A stretch of 64,000 nt of DNA from the NCBI GenBank assembly GCA_020633125.1, contig JACKEH010000009.1:27680-91679 (forward strand), written 5' to 3'. Position 1 is the stretch's first letter; each line of letters starts with the position of its first letter. Source of the stretch: Sandaracinus sp. (GTDB lineage: Bacteria; Myxococcota_A; Polyangia; Polyangiales; Houyiibacteriaceae). The position numbers and the translations under genes are program-made. Positions 1-11,740 of this stretch are shown here, one piece after another. The notes under the pieces are model-generated. The model had not been told where the DNA came from. It ran no database searches and was given only the letters and a program-made list of their open reading frames with translations.

Positions 1-1183
1 CGTCGCGCAGGTGACCGACTTCGGCATCGATCCGGTCGTCGGCACTTGGTACGTGATGGAGCTCGTCGCGGGCGAATCGCTCGAAGACCGGCTCGTACGC
101 GACGGCGCACTCCCGCCTGCCGAAGCGCTCCCGATCCTCGCGGAGGTCGCCGAGGCGATCGCGGACGTCCACGACGCCAGCCTGGTGCACCGCGATCTCA
201 AGCCCTCCAACATCGGGCTCCCGAGCCGCGGCCCACTCCGCGCGCAGCTGCTCGACTTCGGCCTCGCCGCCAGCATCGACGACGCGTTCCTCACGCGCAT
301 CACGCAGTCGCAGCAGGTGCTCGGCTCCTTGCCCTACATCGCGCCCGAGAGCTTCTCCGGCACCCGGCCGTCGGTGGCCGCCGACCTCTGGTCGCTCGGC
401 ATCGTGATCTACGAGACGCTCTCGGGGCGATTGCCCTTCGACGCGCCGAGCACCGCCGCGCTGATGCACGCAATCCTCACCGCGCCCGCGCCACGCTTGG
501 ACGGATTCCCCACCGAGCTCGGAGCGCTGCTGCGCGCGCTCTTGGACAAAGAGCCCACGAAACGCCCCGACTCCGCGCGTGTGGTCGCCGAACGGCTCCG
601 CGCCGCGACGCGCACGAGCCTGCCGCCGACGCTCGCGATCGAGCCGATGCCTCGGACGCGCGCGATGCCGAGCGCCGAGCACCTCACCCCACCGGGCGCA
701 CGCACGGAGCCGCTTCCCGCCGCGCCGAGCGCCGCACCCGTCGAGTCTTCGATTCGCCTGACGACCCGCGGCCCGCGTTGGGGCCTGTGGGCCGTGGTCG
801 GCGTCGCCATCGCCGTCGCGACCGGGATCGGTGTGGCGGTCGCGCTCGATGCGATGTCCGTCGACGAGCCCGTCCCAACGGCCGCGCCTCCGGCCGAGCC
901 CATCGCGGCCCCCGAAGCGTCCGACCTCCTCGTGGAGACCGAGACACAGCCCCCCGCAGTCGCCGCGCCGGTCGAGGCCACCGACTCCGTGCCCGCGCCC
1001 CAACCCACGACCGAGCCCACGGTCGAAGCGACGCCGAGCCCTCGCGCGACCGGCGGCCCCCGTCGACGTCCTCGAACCCCGGAGTCGCGCGAAGACACCG
1101 CGACGCCCTCCCCTGCGCCCGCACCGGCGCAAACGATGGCCCCCACGGGCTGGCGCGGTGGCATCATCGAGGACCTCGAATGA
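1..1183 (+). CDS. Hanks-type Ser/Thr protein kinase, membrane-anchored; 5' end lies upstream of the window
   Basis: Frame of ORF 11..1183 is open back to position 1. Kinase motifs HRDLKPSNI, DFGLA, PYIAPE and DLWSLG are present. They are followed by an Ala/Pro-rich linker, one TM helix (WGLWAVVGVAIAVATGIGVAVAL) and a Pro-rich tail. Confidence 0.85.
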   Translation, partial: VAQVTDFGIDPVVGTWYVMELVAGESLEDRLVRDGALPPAEALPILAEVAEAIADVHDASLVHRDLKPSNIGLPSRGPLRAQLLDFGLAASIDDAFLTRITQSQQVLGSLPYIAPESFSGTRPSVAADLWSLGIVIYETLSGRLPFDAPSTAALMHAILTAPAPRLDGFPTELGALLRALLDKEPTKRPDSARVVAERLRAATRTSLPPTLAIEPMPRTRAMPSAEHLTPPGARTEPLPAAPSAAPVESSIRLTTRGPRWGLWAVVGVAIAVATGIGVAVALDAMSVDEPVPTAAPPAEPIAAPEASDLLVETETQPPAVAAPVEATDSVPAPQPTTEPTVEATPSPRATGGPRRRPRTPESREDTATPSPAPAPAQTMAPTGWRGGIIEDLE

Positions 1184-2004
1184 CGCGCCTCGTCCTCGTC
1201 TTGGTCCTCGCCTCCGTCGTCACGCCACGCGCCCACGCGCAGGAGGATGCGCGCGCGATCTTCCGTCGAGGTGTCGCCGCCCTTCGCGACGGCCGCTACG
1301 AGGACGCCGAGCGCGCCTTCGTCGCGAGCTACCGCGCGGACCCGCGACCGGCGACGATGTGCAACCTCGCGCTGACCTACGACGAGCAGCACGAGACCCG
1401 CGAAGCCGCGGAGGCCTACGAACGCTGCGCCGCGACCGACGAAGAAGGCCGCTTTCGAGCGCACGCGCAAGAACGCGCGCTCGCGCTTCGCGAAGAGTTG
1501 GCCCGAGAGGCCGCCCTCCCCGTGCCGCCCGAGCCCGAGGTCGAACCGACGGAGCCCGAAGCGACGCCCAGCGCGAGCCCCTTCGTCGAAGCGCCGACCA
1601 CGACGAACGTGCCGATCGTGGAGCACGGCGCCCCCACCGAAGCACCCTCGCGATCGCACACGCTCGCCATCGTGGGAGGCTCGGTCGCCGCGCTCGGCGC
1701 GGGCGCGGCCGCCCTCGGTGCCGTCTTCGCCGGGCGCTCGCAGGACGGTCTCGACACCCTCGTTGCGCGCCACGGGAGCGAGGGCACCGTCGTTCTCGCC
1801 GAAGGCTCGGAAGACGCCGCGCTCCTGCAGGACGCCCGCCGCGACCGACGCATCGCCATCGGCGCCTATGCGTCCGGCGCCGTGCTCGGCGCGCTCGGCG
1901 TGACGTTGATCGTGCTCGATCTCTTGCAACCGAGCGGCACCGCGGTAGCCGCCGCGCCCCTGCCGGGCGGGGCGATGGTCACGGCGCGCGTCGCGCTGCG
2001 CTGA
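1180..2004 (+). CDS. secreted/membrane hypothetical protein with TPR-like N-terminal segment
   Basis: ATG 1180 overlaps the kinase stop (ATGA). Signal peptide MTRLVLVLVLASVVTPRAHA, a helical TPR-like stretch (RYEDAERAFVASYRADP..CNLALTYDEQHE), a Pro/Glu linker and two C-terminal hydrophobic helices. In frame with ORF 46..2004. No family recognised. Confidence 0.6.
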   Translation: MTRLVLVLVLASVVTPRAHAQEDARAIFRRGVAALRDGRYEDAERAFVASYRADPRPATMCNLALTYDEQHETREAAEAYERCAATDEEGRFRAHAQERALALREELAREAALPVPPEPEVEPTEPEATPSASPFVEAPTTTNVPIVEHGAPTEAPSRSHTLAIVGGSVAALGAGAAALGAVFAGRSQDGLDTLVARHGSEGTVVLAEGSEDAALLQDARRDRRIAIGAYASGAVLGALGVTLIVLDLLQPSGTAVAAAPLPGGAMVTARVALR

Positions 2005-2092
2005 GCACGCCGTCGTTGACACCCGAAAGCCCAGAGGCTACCTGACCGCGGCCGAGCGCTTCCCGTGGAAGCACCCGGAGAAAGAACGGATC

Positions 2093-3221
2093 ATGCCGGT
2101 TTTCGTTGGTGAGACGCGCGACGTGCTCGCGGACCTCGCCCAGCGCCTTGGTGCGCTGGGGAGGTATCTTTGACGTCGATGGCCTGAGACACGAGGTCGA
2201 TCGACTCACGAACCTTTCCCTCCGCGAAGGCTTCTGGGACCAGCGAGAGCAGGCCGAGAAGCTGATGCGAGAGCGTGCACGCGCCGAAGAGACGGTCCTG
2301 ACGTGGGACCGCTTGTCGAGCGACGTGCAGGGCCTTCTCGAGCTGCTCGAGATGGCCGGGGAAGACGAATCCGAGCTCGCCGAGCTCGTCGAACAAATCC
2401 CGGATCTGGAAAAGGGCGTCCGCCAGCTCGAGCTGCAGCGCATGCTCCTGCCGGACGACGACCAGGACGCGATCCTGTCCGTCAACGCCGGCGCGGGAGG
2501 CACCGACGCCCAGGATTGGGCGGAGATCCTCTTCCGCATGTACCAGCGCTGGGCCGAGAAACACGCGTACAAGGTCGAGGTTCAGGACCTGCAGAAGACC
2601 GAGGTCGGCATCGCCAGCGCCTCGATCCTCGTGAAGGGCCCCAACGCCTACGGCTTCTTGCGTGCGGAGAACGGCGTGCATCGCCTCATCCGCGTGTCGC
2701 GCTTCTCGGGTCGCCGTGAGACGAGCTTCGTCGCCGTGAGCGTCGTGCCGGATCTCGACGACACCGTGAAGGTCGACATGAAGGACTCGGACCTCGAGGT
2801 CAGCGTGATGCGATCCGGCGGCGCCGGTGGTCAGCACGTCAACCGAACGGAGTCCGCGGTGCGCATCGTCCACAAGCCCACCGGCTTCACGGTGCGCTCG
2901 GACAGCGAACGCTCGCAGCACCAGAACCGCGAGCTCGCGATGCAGCGCCTCCGCGGCCTCCTCTACGAGAAGGCCCGACGCGAGCAGGAGCAGGCCTTCG
3001 AAGAGGCCTTCATGAGCGACCAAGGCGAGATCGCCTTCGGGAGCCAGGCGCGCACGTACACCCTTCACCCCTACAAGATGGTGAAGGACGAGCGCACCGA
3101 GCTGAAGGTCGGCAACGCGGACGCGGTCCTCGACGGCGACCTCGACGAGCTCATGGAGAGCTACCTGCTGATGACCGCGGACAAGCGCCGCGAGAAGAAG
3201 CAGGCGGAGAAGAAAGGCTGA
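2093..3221 (+). CDS. prfB: peptide chain release factor 2, expressed through a programmed +1 frameshift (frame 0 is 2093..2170, +1 frame is 2172..3221)
   Basis: Frame 0 runs from ATG 2093 (MPVFVGETRDVLADLAQRLGALGRYL) into an in-frame TGA at 2171-2173. The +1 frame (ORF 2106..3221) continues DVDGLRHEVDRL... It carries SGGAGGQHVNRTESAVRIVHKPTG (GGQ) and ENGVHRLIR. The gene lies directly upstream of lysS, as in many bacteria. Confidence 0.95.
2159..2174 (+). promoter_or_regulatory. RF2 autoregulatory +1 frameshift site (SD-like GGGAGG, then TAT CTT TGA C)
   Basis: The sequence gggagg tat ctt tga c matches the canonical CUU UGA C slippery/stop context, with an internal Shine-Dalgarno-like element 3 nt upstream. 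Confidence 0.9.
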
Positions 3222-3350
3222 GATACGCGGGGGCCCCACGGCCCTCGCGTCTCGTCGTTTCCGGTCGCCGACGCGACCCAACCTCGCCGCGCCGTTCGCG
3301 GTGATCTGGCCGGGAATCGATGCCCGGCTCGGCTGTTCGGAGAAGATTCG

Positions 3351-4972
<1,622 letters not shown>

Positions 4973-4976
<4 letters not shown>

Positions 4977-7291
4977 GCGGAAAGGCCCACGTCGCCGTCG
5001 GCGCGACGCTCGCGCTCGCCGGTCTCGCCGCGCTCGCGACGACGTTCCTGATCGGCACGCCCGAGTGGCTGCTCGCGGCGTGGGCTCCGATTCCGCTCGG
5101 CTTCCTCTTCCTCGCGTGGGGCGGCGCACGCCTCGGTGACGGCCGCGGCACGCTCACCCGCTACGGCTACGTGCCGGTGGTGTTCGGCCTGGTCGACCTC
5201 GTCTCGCTCGCGCTCTTCGTGTGGTCGCTGGTTTCATGGCCCGCGCTCGTCGGGGGCGCGCTCGGCGCGACCGAATCGGGCTTCGCCCTCGAAGCCGTGA
5301 TCGCGATCGGCGCGACGTTGGGCGTGCTCTGGCTCGCGCGGCCCGTGCTCGCGACGCTCGCGATTCGCCGTGGTGCACGCATGCAACCGGGCACCAAGGG
5401 CCGCGCGCGCCTTCAGCTCGCAGGCCTGACCTCGCTCCTCGAGCTCGCGACGGCGATGGTTCCGACCGTGCTCTTGCTCAAGGGCACTCAGCTCAGCCTC
5501 GCCGGCGGCTTCGGTTTCACCTACGGCATTCCCGAAGCGGAGCTCGCCCTCCCCGGCTCGCTGCAAACCTCGATGATCCTGGTCTACGGGATCGCGGGCA
5601 TCTTCGCGTTTCTCGCGTTCGTACTGCGCATGAGCTTGTGGTTCCTGGAACCGGAGCGTTTCCGCTTCTGGTTCTGGGTCGCCCTGGACGTCGTGCTCGT
5701 CGCCGCCTTCGCGTTCGTGACCCTGACCCTCCCCATTCAGCCTGCGAACGAAGGCCTCGAGGCCTTGGTCGAGCCCGTCATCCGGCTCGCGATCACCTCG
5801 TTCTTCGCGTTGCGGGTCTACGTTCGCATCCTGCCCTTCGCGATGCAGGGCTTCGAGGTGTTGCGCTTCGAGACGCTCGTCGCCGCGCGCCACCTTCGGG
5901 CGAAGAAGAGCGGCTTCCTCGCCGCCATCGGCGGGCTCTCGATCGCGGCCGTCGCCGTCTCGACCGCGATGCTCGTCGGCGTGCTCAGCGTCATGGGCGG
6001 CTTCCGCGACGACCTGAAGCAGAAGATCCTCGGCAACCAAGCCCACGTCGTCGTCGACCGCGAGAACGCCACCTTCGAGGGCTGGAGCGCGGTGCTCGAC
6101 GAGGTCACCGGATCGACCGACGAGATCGCCGGCGCGAGCCCCTACGTGAGCGGCGAGGTCATGGTCACCTCGGCGACGAACATGGCCGGCGCGGTGCTTC
6201 GCGGCATCGACCCCGACACCGTGGGCTCGGTCACCGACCTCGAGCGCAACCTCACCCGCGGCCGCCTCGACTACCTTCGCCACCCCGAGCAGCTCTTGAA
6301 TCTGCCGGCCGAAGAACGCCGCACGATCCTGCCGCTCGAGATCGAGATCGGCCGCGAGTCCGAAGGGCTCGTGCGCGAGATCGAAGACGAGATTCGCCGC
6401 CGCGACGATCCCACGGAGCCGTCGGGTCGCGCCGCGATTCGCGACGACCTCGACGAGCTGCTCGGCGAGCCTCCCCCGCCGCCCGCCGCGAACGTCCTGC
6501 CGGGCATCGTCCTCGGCAAAGAGCTCGCGCGAAGCCTTCGCGTCTACGTCGGCGACGAGATCGACGTGGTCAGCCCGAACGGCGAGCTCGGTCCCGCGGG
6601 TCCGATGCCGAAGAGCCGCCGCTTCCGCGTGGCCGGCGTGTTCTACAGCGGCATGTACGAGTTCGACATGAAGCACGTCTACGTGCTGCTCGAGCAGGGC
6701 CAGCGTTTCCTCGGCACCGGCGACGCGATCACCGGCATCGAGGTGAAGGTCCGCGACGTCGACCGCGCGCCCCAGACCGCCGACGCGATTCGGCGCGCGC
6801 TGCACGCCCAGAGCGACCTGCGCGTGCGCGATTGGCAAGAGCTCAACAGCGGCCTCTTCGGCGCGCTCGAGCTCGAGAAGCTCGCGATGTTCATCACGCT
6901 CGGCATCGCGGTGCTGATCGCCGGCTTCTGCGTCTTCGGCACCCTGACCCTGATGGTCCAAGAGAAGCAGCGCGAGGTCGGCATCCTCTTCGCGATGGGC
7001 TCGACCCGCCGGAGCATCGTCTCCGTGTTCGTGATCGAGGGCTTCTTGATCGGCCTCAACGGGGCGATCTTCGGGCTCGGCCTCGGCTACCTCGTCACCT
7101 TCGTCTTCGAGCACTTCGGCTTCCGGCTCAACCCGGAGGTCTATTACATCGACCGACTGCCCGTGAGCATCGACCCGATGGAGTTCGTCGTGGTCGGGCT
7201 CATCGCGCTCGCGGTCTGCGTCGTCTCCACCATCTTCCCCGCCGTCCTGGCCAGCCGCTTGCGCCCGGTCGACGCGCTTCGCCTCGAGTGA
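4973..7291 (+). CDS. LolC/LolE-family lipoprotein-release ABC permease with ~300-aa N-terminal polytopic membrane extension
   Basis: ATG overlaps the lysS stop (ATGA). From about residue 305 the sequence is LolC/E-like ([53 protein letters not shown]), with a periplasmic domain and a C-terminal FtsX-type 3-TM bundle ending PVDALRLE. The first ~300 aa are hydrophobic helices. Confidence 0.85.
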
Positions 7292-7301
7292 AGGAGAACG
7301 C

Positions 7302-8183
7302 ATGAGCGAGCCCCTCGTCGTCGCCCGTGACGTCAAGAAGGTCTTCGTCCACGAAGGCAAAGACGTCGACGTCCTCAAGGGCGTGGACCTCTCCGTCAAC
7401 CGGGGCGAGATGCTCTGCGTCGTCGGTCCGAGCGGCACCGGCAAGAGCACCTTGCTGCACATTCTCGGCACGCTCGATCTGCCGACCAGCGGCTCGATCA
7501 CCTACGAAGGGCGCGACGTCACGCGCCTGACGAGCAGCGAGCTCGCGCGTTTCCGCAACCGCACGCTCGGCTTCGTCTTCCAGTTCCACCACCTGATGCC
7601 CGAGTTCGACGCCCTCGAGAACGTCATGATGCCGGGCCTGGTGCAGGGGCTCGCGCGGACGCCGCTCAAGAAGCGCGCGCGGGAGCTGCTCGAAGAGGTC
7701 GGCCTCGCGCACCGCCTCGCCCACCGTCCGGGTGAGCTCTCCGGCGGCGAGCAGCAGCGTGTCGCCCTCGCCCGTGCGCTCGTGCTCGATCCGGCGCTCA
7801 TCCTCGCCGACGAGCCCACCGGCAACCTCGACAGCCGGACCAGCGAGCAGGTGCACCAGCTCTTCTTCGAGCTCAACGCCCGCCGCGGAACGACCTTCTT
7901 GATCGTTACCCACAGCCGCGACATGGCCGCGCGCATGCCTCGTGTGGTCACGATGCGCGACGGGGTGGTCGAGCGCGACGAGCGCAAGAGCGAGACCTAC
8001 CGCGACCGCGACGGACGAAAAGAGGCGGCGCTCGACGTGCTGCCCCGCGGCGCCGACGCGATCGCCTCCGAGGAGCCCTCCGAGGACGCCGAGAAGGCCC
8101 CGAGCGAGGCAGAATCCCCGTCCCCGGCCGCGAACGAGCCCTCCGAGCCGAACGCCCCGGACGAGGCGGGCAACCGAGCTTGA
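7302..8183 (+). CDS. lolD: lipoprotein-releasing ABC transporter ATP-binding protein LolD, with acidic/Pro-rich C-terminal tail
   Basis: AAGGAG lies 6 nt upstream of the start. Walker [10 protein letters not shown], LolD-type [42 protein letters not shown] and VTHS are all present. About 65 aa of low-complexity tail follow. Confidence 0.9.
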   Translation: MSEPLVVARDVKKVFVHEGKDVDVLKGVDLSVNRGEMLCVVGPSGTGKSTLLHILGTLDLPTSGSITYEGRDVTRLTSSELARFRNRTLGFVFQFHHLMPEFDALENVMMPGLVQGLARTPLKKRARELLEEVGLAHRLAHRPGELSGGEQQRVALARALVLDPALILADEPTGNLDSRTSEQVHQLFFELNARRGTTFLIVTHSRDMAARMPRVVTMRDGVVERDERKSETYRDRDGRKEAALDVLPRGADAIASEEPSEDAEKAPSEAESPSPAANEPSEPNAPDEAGNRA

Positions 8184-8233
8184 CCCCGAAAACCCCCGCG
8201 GCTATGACGCCGCGTCCCTCGGGACCCCACGAA

Positions 8234-10882
8234 ATGCGTCCTCTTTTTCGAGTCTTATCCTTCGCCGCGATGCTCGCGTTCGGCCTTCAGGCCGGCGCGC
8301 AGGCCCCCGTGGGCGACGAAGAAGAGGCCCCCGAGGAGAGCGGTGCCGCCTCCGAGGAGGCCAGCGACGAAGAGGCCGGCGACGAAGAAGCCAGCGACGA
8401 AGAAGCCAGCGACGAAGAGGGCGCCGAAGCCGAAGAAGGCTTCTACGGCGACCCCTACGACGACGACCAGGACCAAGGTCCGGAGGAGCCGCGCACCGTC
8501 TGCCACGGCCGCATGATCCGCAACGTGCGGGTCGAAGGCGCGCGCCGCGTGGAAGCCGACGACGTACGCGCGAGCATGCGCCTGCGCCGTGGCCTGCCCT
8601 GCACCGACGAGGAGCTGGCCCGCGACGCGCGCGCTCTGTGGGATCTCGGCTTCTTCGAGAACCTCGTCTTCGAAGCGAACGTGGTCGGCAACGAGGTCGA
8701 GCTGGTCGTCACCGTCACCGAGCGCCCCGCCATCGCGCGCGTCCGTTTCGAGGGCAACGACGAGGTCGACGACGACGACATCGAAGAGAAGCTCACCCTC
8801 CGCGAAGGGACGATCCTCTCGATCCCCGCGGTGCGTGAGCAGGTCACGAAGATTCGCGACCTCTACGCCGAAGAAGGCTTCTTCCTCGCGCGCGTGACCT
8901 ACGAGATTCAGCGCCTCGCGAACCGCCCCGAGGTCGAGGTTCGCTTCGTCATCGACGAGGGCCCCGAGGTCACGGTCCGCCGCATCCGCTTCGTGGGCAA
9001 CCGGAACGTCCCCTCCGACGAGCTGCAAGACATCATGCAGACCTCCGAGGCGGGCTTCTTCTCGTTCATCACGGACAACCACCACTACAACGACGACGTC
9101 TTCGACGAGGACGTCACGCGCCTGCAGGCCTGGTACTACGACAAGGGGTACCTCGCGGTCTCCGTCGGTACGCCTCGCATCGAGCTGACCGCCGATCGCC
9201 AGCACGTCGACATCACGGTGCCGATCGAAGAAGGCCCGCGTTTCCGCGTCGGCCGCATGACGGTCCGCGAGGTCGACGAGAACGGCCAAGAGGTCGACGC
9301 GCTCCAGTCGAACCTGCGCGACGAGATCGATCTCGAGAGCGGCGACTGGTTCAACCGCACCAAGATCGCGATGGGCATCCAGTCCATCACGCGCATCTAC
9401 CGCGACGAGGGCTACGCGTACGTCGAGCTGGTTCCCGAGACCGACCTCGACCAAGAGCGCCGCATCGTCGACATCAACGTCAACATCGTGCGCGGCCCGC
9501 CGGTGCGCATCGAGCGCATCAACATCAGCGGCAACTCCAAGACGCGCGACAGCGTCATCCGCCGCGAGCTGCGCATCCTCGAAGGCGCCCTCTACGATCA
9601 ATCCGACGTCGAGCTCTCGAAGCGCGCCATCGAGGCCCTCGGCTACTTCGAGCGTGTCGACTTCGCCGAAGAACGAGGCTCCGCGCCGGATCGCATGATC
9701 CTGAGCATCAGCGTCGTCGAGCGCGCGACCGGCACCTTCCAGGTCGGCGCCGGCTTCTCGTCGATCGAGCAGTTCATCCTCACCGCGCAGGTGCAGCAGG
9801 AGAACCTCTTCGGCAACGGCCAGAGCCTGCAGCTTCAGCTTCAGCTCTCGGGCATTCGCCAGCTCGTCCAGGTTCGTTTCTTCGAGCCGTGGTTCCTCGG
9901 CTCGCGTTGGGGCGCCGGCGTCGACGTCTACAAGACCGTCCGCCAGTTCGCGTCGTTCAACCAAGACACCACCGGCGGCGGCCTCACCCTCGGCCACCCG
10001 GTCGTCGATCCGCGTTTGCGTTTCTCGCTGAACTACCGCGCCGAATACGTGCGCATCAGCGCGCGCACCGGTGGCTTCTTCCAATCGGGCGGAGGCGGCG
10101 CGGGCTTCACGCAGTTCCAGAACACGCCCCTCTTCGGCCTCTTCCGCGACGGCATCACCAGCTCGATTCGCGCGAGCCTCACCTGGGACAACCGCAACAA
10201 CCGCCTCTTCCCGAGCGACGGCTGGTACGCGAACTACTCGTTCGAGGTCGCGGACCGCTTCCTCGGCTCCGACCAGGTCTTCACCCGCCACACCGCGTTC
10301 ACCCGCTTCTACCGCCAGCTCTTCACCCTCGGCGAAGGACGGCCCGTCGTCTTCAAGGTGAACCTCGAGGGCGGCTTCATCTCGAGTCGCTCCGACAACG
10401 GCGTGCCGATCTACGAGCGCTTCTACCTCGGCGGCATCTTCAACGTCCGCGGCTTCCCGCTCTACAGCCTCGGTCCGCGCCTCGCGATCCCGCGCAGCTA
10501 CGATCCGAGCGGCACCCCGCCTCGGTCCGGCGGTGGCAACCCGGCCGGCGTCTCCATCGGCGGCAACCTCCAGCTCTTCTACCAAGCCGAGCTCGAGGTC
10601 CCGATCCTTCCGGAGGTCGGCATCCGTGCGGTGCTCTTCACCGATGGCGGCAACGTGTGGAACACGCAGCGCACGCTCTGCGGTGGCCCGCCGACCACGG
10701 ACGTCGACGCGTCGACCGAGACCTGCAACTTCGACATTCGCGGCATCCGTCAGTCCTGGGGCTTCGGCTTCCGCTGGTTCTCGCCGCTCGGTCCGCTGCG
10801 CTTCGAGTGGGGTTTCCCGATCGACCGGCGCAGCTGGGAGAAGACGGTCCGATTCGAGTTCACCATCGGCAACTCGTTCTGA
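8234..10882 (+). CDS. bamA: outer membrane protein assembly factor BamA
   Basis: Signal peptide MRPLFRVLSFAAMLAFGLQAGAQA starts at ATG 8234 (the ORF is open from 8180). Repeated POTRA-like modules are followed by an Omp85 barrel (GGNLQLFYQAELEVP.., RFEFTIGNSF terminus). Confidence 0.9.
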   Translation: MRPLFRVLSFAAMLAFGLQAGAQAPVGDEEEAPEESGAASEEASDEEAGDEEASDEEASDEEGAEAEEGFYGDPYDDDQDQGPEEPRTVCHGRMIRNVRVEGARRVEADDVRASMRLRRGLPCTDEELARDARALWDLGFFENLVFEANVVGNEVELVVTVTERPAIARVRFEGNDEVDDDDIEEKLTLREGTILSIPAVREQVTKIRDLYAEEGFFLARVTYEIQRLANRPEVEVRFVIDEGPEVTVRRIRFVGNRNVPSDELQDIMQTSEAGFFSFITDNHHYNDDVFDEDVTRLQAWYYDKGYLAVSVGTPRIELTADRQHVDITVPIEEGPRFRVGRMTVREVDENGQEVDALQSNLRDEIDLESGDWFNRTKIAMGIQSITRIYRDEGYAYVELVPETDLDQERRIVDINVNIVRGPPVRIERINISGNSKTRDSVIRRELRILEGALYDQSDVELSKRAIEALGYFERVDFAEERGSAPDRMILSISVVERATGTFQVGAGFSSIEQFILTAQVQQENLFGNGQSLQLQLQLSGIRQLVQVRFFEPWFLGSRWGAGVDVYKTVRQFASFNQDTTGGGLTLGHPVVDPRLRFSLNYRAEYVRISARTGGFFQSGGGGAGFTQFQNTPLFGLFRDGITSSIRASLTWDNRNNRLFPSDGWYANYSFEVADRFLGSDQVFTRHTAFTRFYRQLFTLGEGRPVVFKVNLEGGFISSRSDNGVPIYERFYLGGIFNVRGFPLYSLGPRLAIPRSYDPSGTPPRSGGGNPAGVSIGGNLQLFYQAELEVPILPEVGIRAVLFTDGGNVWNTQRTLCGGPPTTDVDASTETCNFDIRGIRQSWGFGFRWFSPLGPLRFEWGFPIDRRSWEKTVRFEFTIGNSF
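8360..8419 (+). repeat. 15-bp tandem repeat x4 inside bamA (gccagcgacgaagag), encoding EASDE/EAGDE
   Basis: Four near-identical units at 8360-8374, 8375-8389, 8390-8404 and 8405-8419. Confidence 0.85.
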
Positions 10883-11033
10883 CCCCTACCCCCGACCTCC
10901 GAAGGGAATCCTTCGGGAAATGAATCCTCGGACGCGGGAATGCGTCCACCCGGCTCGGTGTCGGGTTCCCCGTCACCACTCGCTTGATTTCGTTCGCCTC
11001 GGGGGCTACAGCGCCCGGCCTAAAGGAAGCTCC

Positions 11034-11627
11034 ATGAGCCTGAAGCGTCACGCCATCACCCTCCTCTTCGCGCTCTTCGTGTCCAGCATCGCGCCCGATC
11101 TGTACGCGCAGACGAAGATCGCGGTGGTCGACCTGCAGCGCGCGCTGAACGAGACCAACGAAGGCCGCGCCGCGAAGAACCGTCTCAAGCGTCTCTTCGA
11201 GCGTCGTCAGCGTTCGCTCGACGAAGCGCAAGAGAAGCTCAAGAAGATGAAGGAAGACATCGAGAAGCAGCAGAAGGTGCTCTCGCGCGAGGCTCTCGAG
11301 CAGCGCATGGAGGAGTACCAGAAGGCCTTCATCGAGCTTCAGTCGGTCTACGTGGAGTACCAGCGCGAGCTCGCCGAGAAGGAAGCGCAGCTCACGAAGG
11401 TCATCCTCGAGCGCATGACCGAGATCCTTCGCCGCATGGGCCAGTCCGAGGGCTACACGATGATCGTGGAGCGCAACGAGGGCGGCGTCGTGTGGGTGCC
11501 TTCGAACCTCGACCTCACCGACGCGGTCATTCAGACGTACAACTCGGAGAACCGCGGCGGCGGAGACGGCGAGTCGATGCGCAGCACGATGTCGTCGTCG
11601 ATGTCCTCGATGTCCTCGATGCGCTGA
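11034..11627 (+). CDS. skp: OmpH/Skp-family periplasmic chaperone
   Basis: AAGGAAG lies upstream of ATG 11034. Signal peptide MSLKRHAITLLFALFVSSIAPDLYAQ, then KIAVVDLQRALNETNEGRAAK and a long coiled-coil typical of OmpH. The gene is immediately downstream of bamA. Confidence 0.85.
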   Translation: MSLKRHAITLLFALFVSSIAPDLYAQTKIAVVDLQRALNETNEGRAAKNRLKRLFERRQRSLDEAQEKLKKMKEDIEKQQKVLSREALEQRMEEYQKAFIELQSVYVEYQRELAEKEAQLTKVILERMTEILRRMGQSEGYTMIVERNEGGVVWVPSNLDLTDAVIQTYNSENRGGGDGESMRSTMSSSMSSMSSMR

Positions 11628-11646
11628 GCGAGCGCTCCGCAGAGAG

Positions 11647-11676
11647 ACGCCGCGCCTTCGGGTGCGGCGTTTTTCG
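11647..11676 (+). terminator. intrinsic terminator after skp
   Basis: ACGCCGC-gccttcgggt-GCGGCGT hairpin followed by TTTTCGTTCC. Confidence 0.7.
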
Positions 11677-11740
11677 TTCCGTCGATCGCGCCACGGTTCG
11701 CGCGCTTGCGCCCGACGGGAATCCCCGTAGACCACTCTCC

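Noticed and set aside
2106-3221. prfB as a frameshifted pseudogene.
   Set aside because: The interruption is the canonical CTT TGA C autoregulatory site with an upstream SD-like element, and both frames encode conserved RF2 sequence.
8180-8233. Earlier start codon for bamA at 8180.
   Set aside because: The first 18 codons are Pro/Thr-rich and precede a clean signal peptide beginning at ATG 8234. The 8180 ATG also overlaps the lolD stop, so it cannot be fully excluded.
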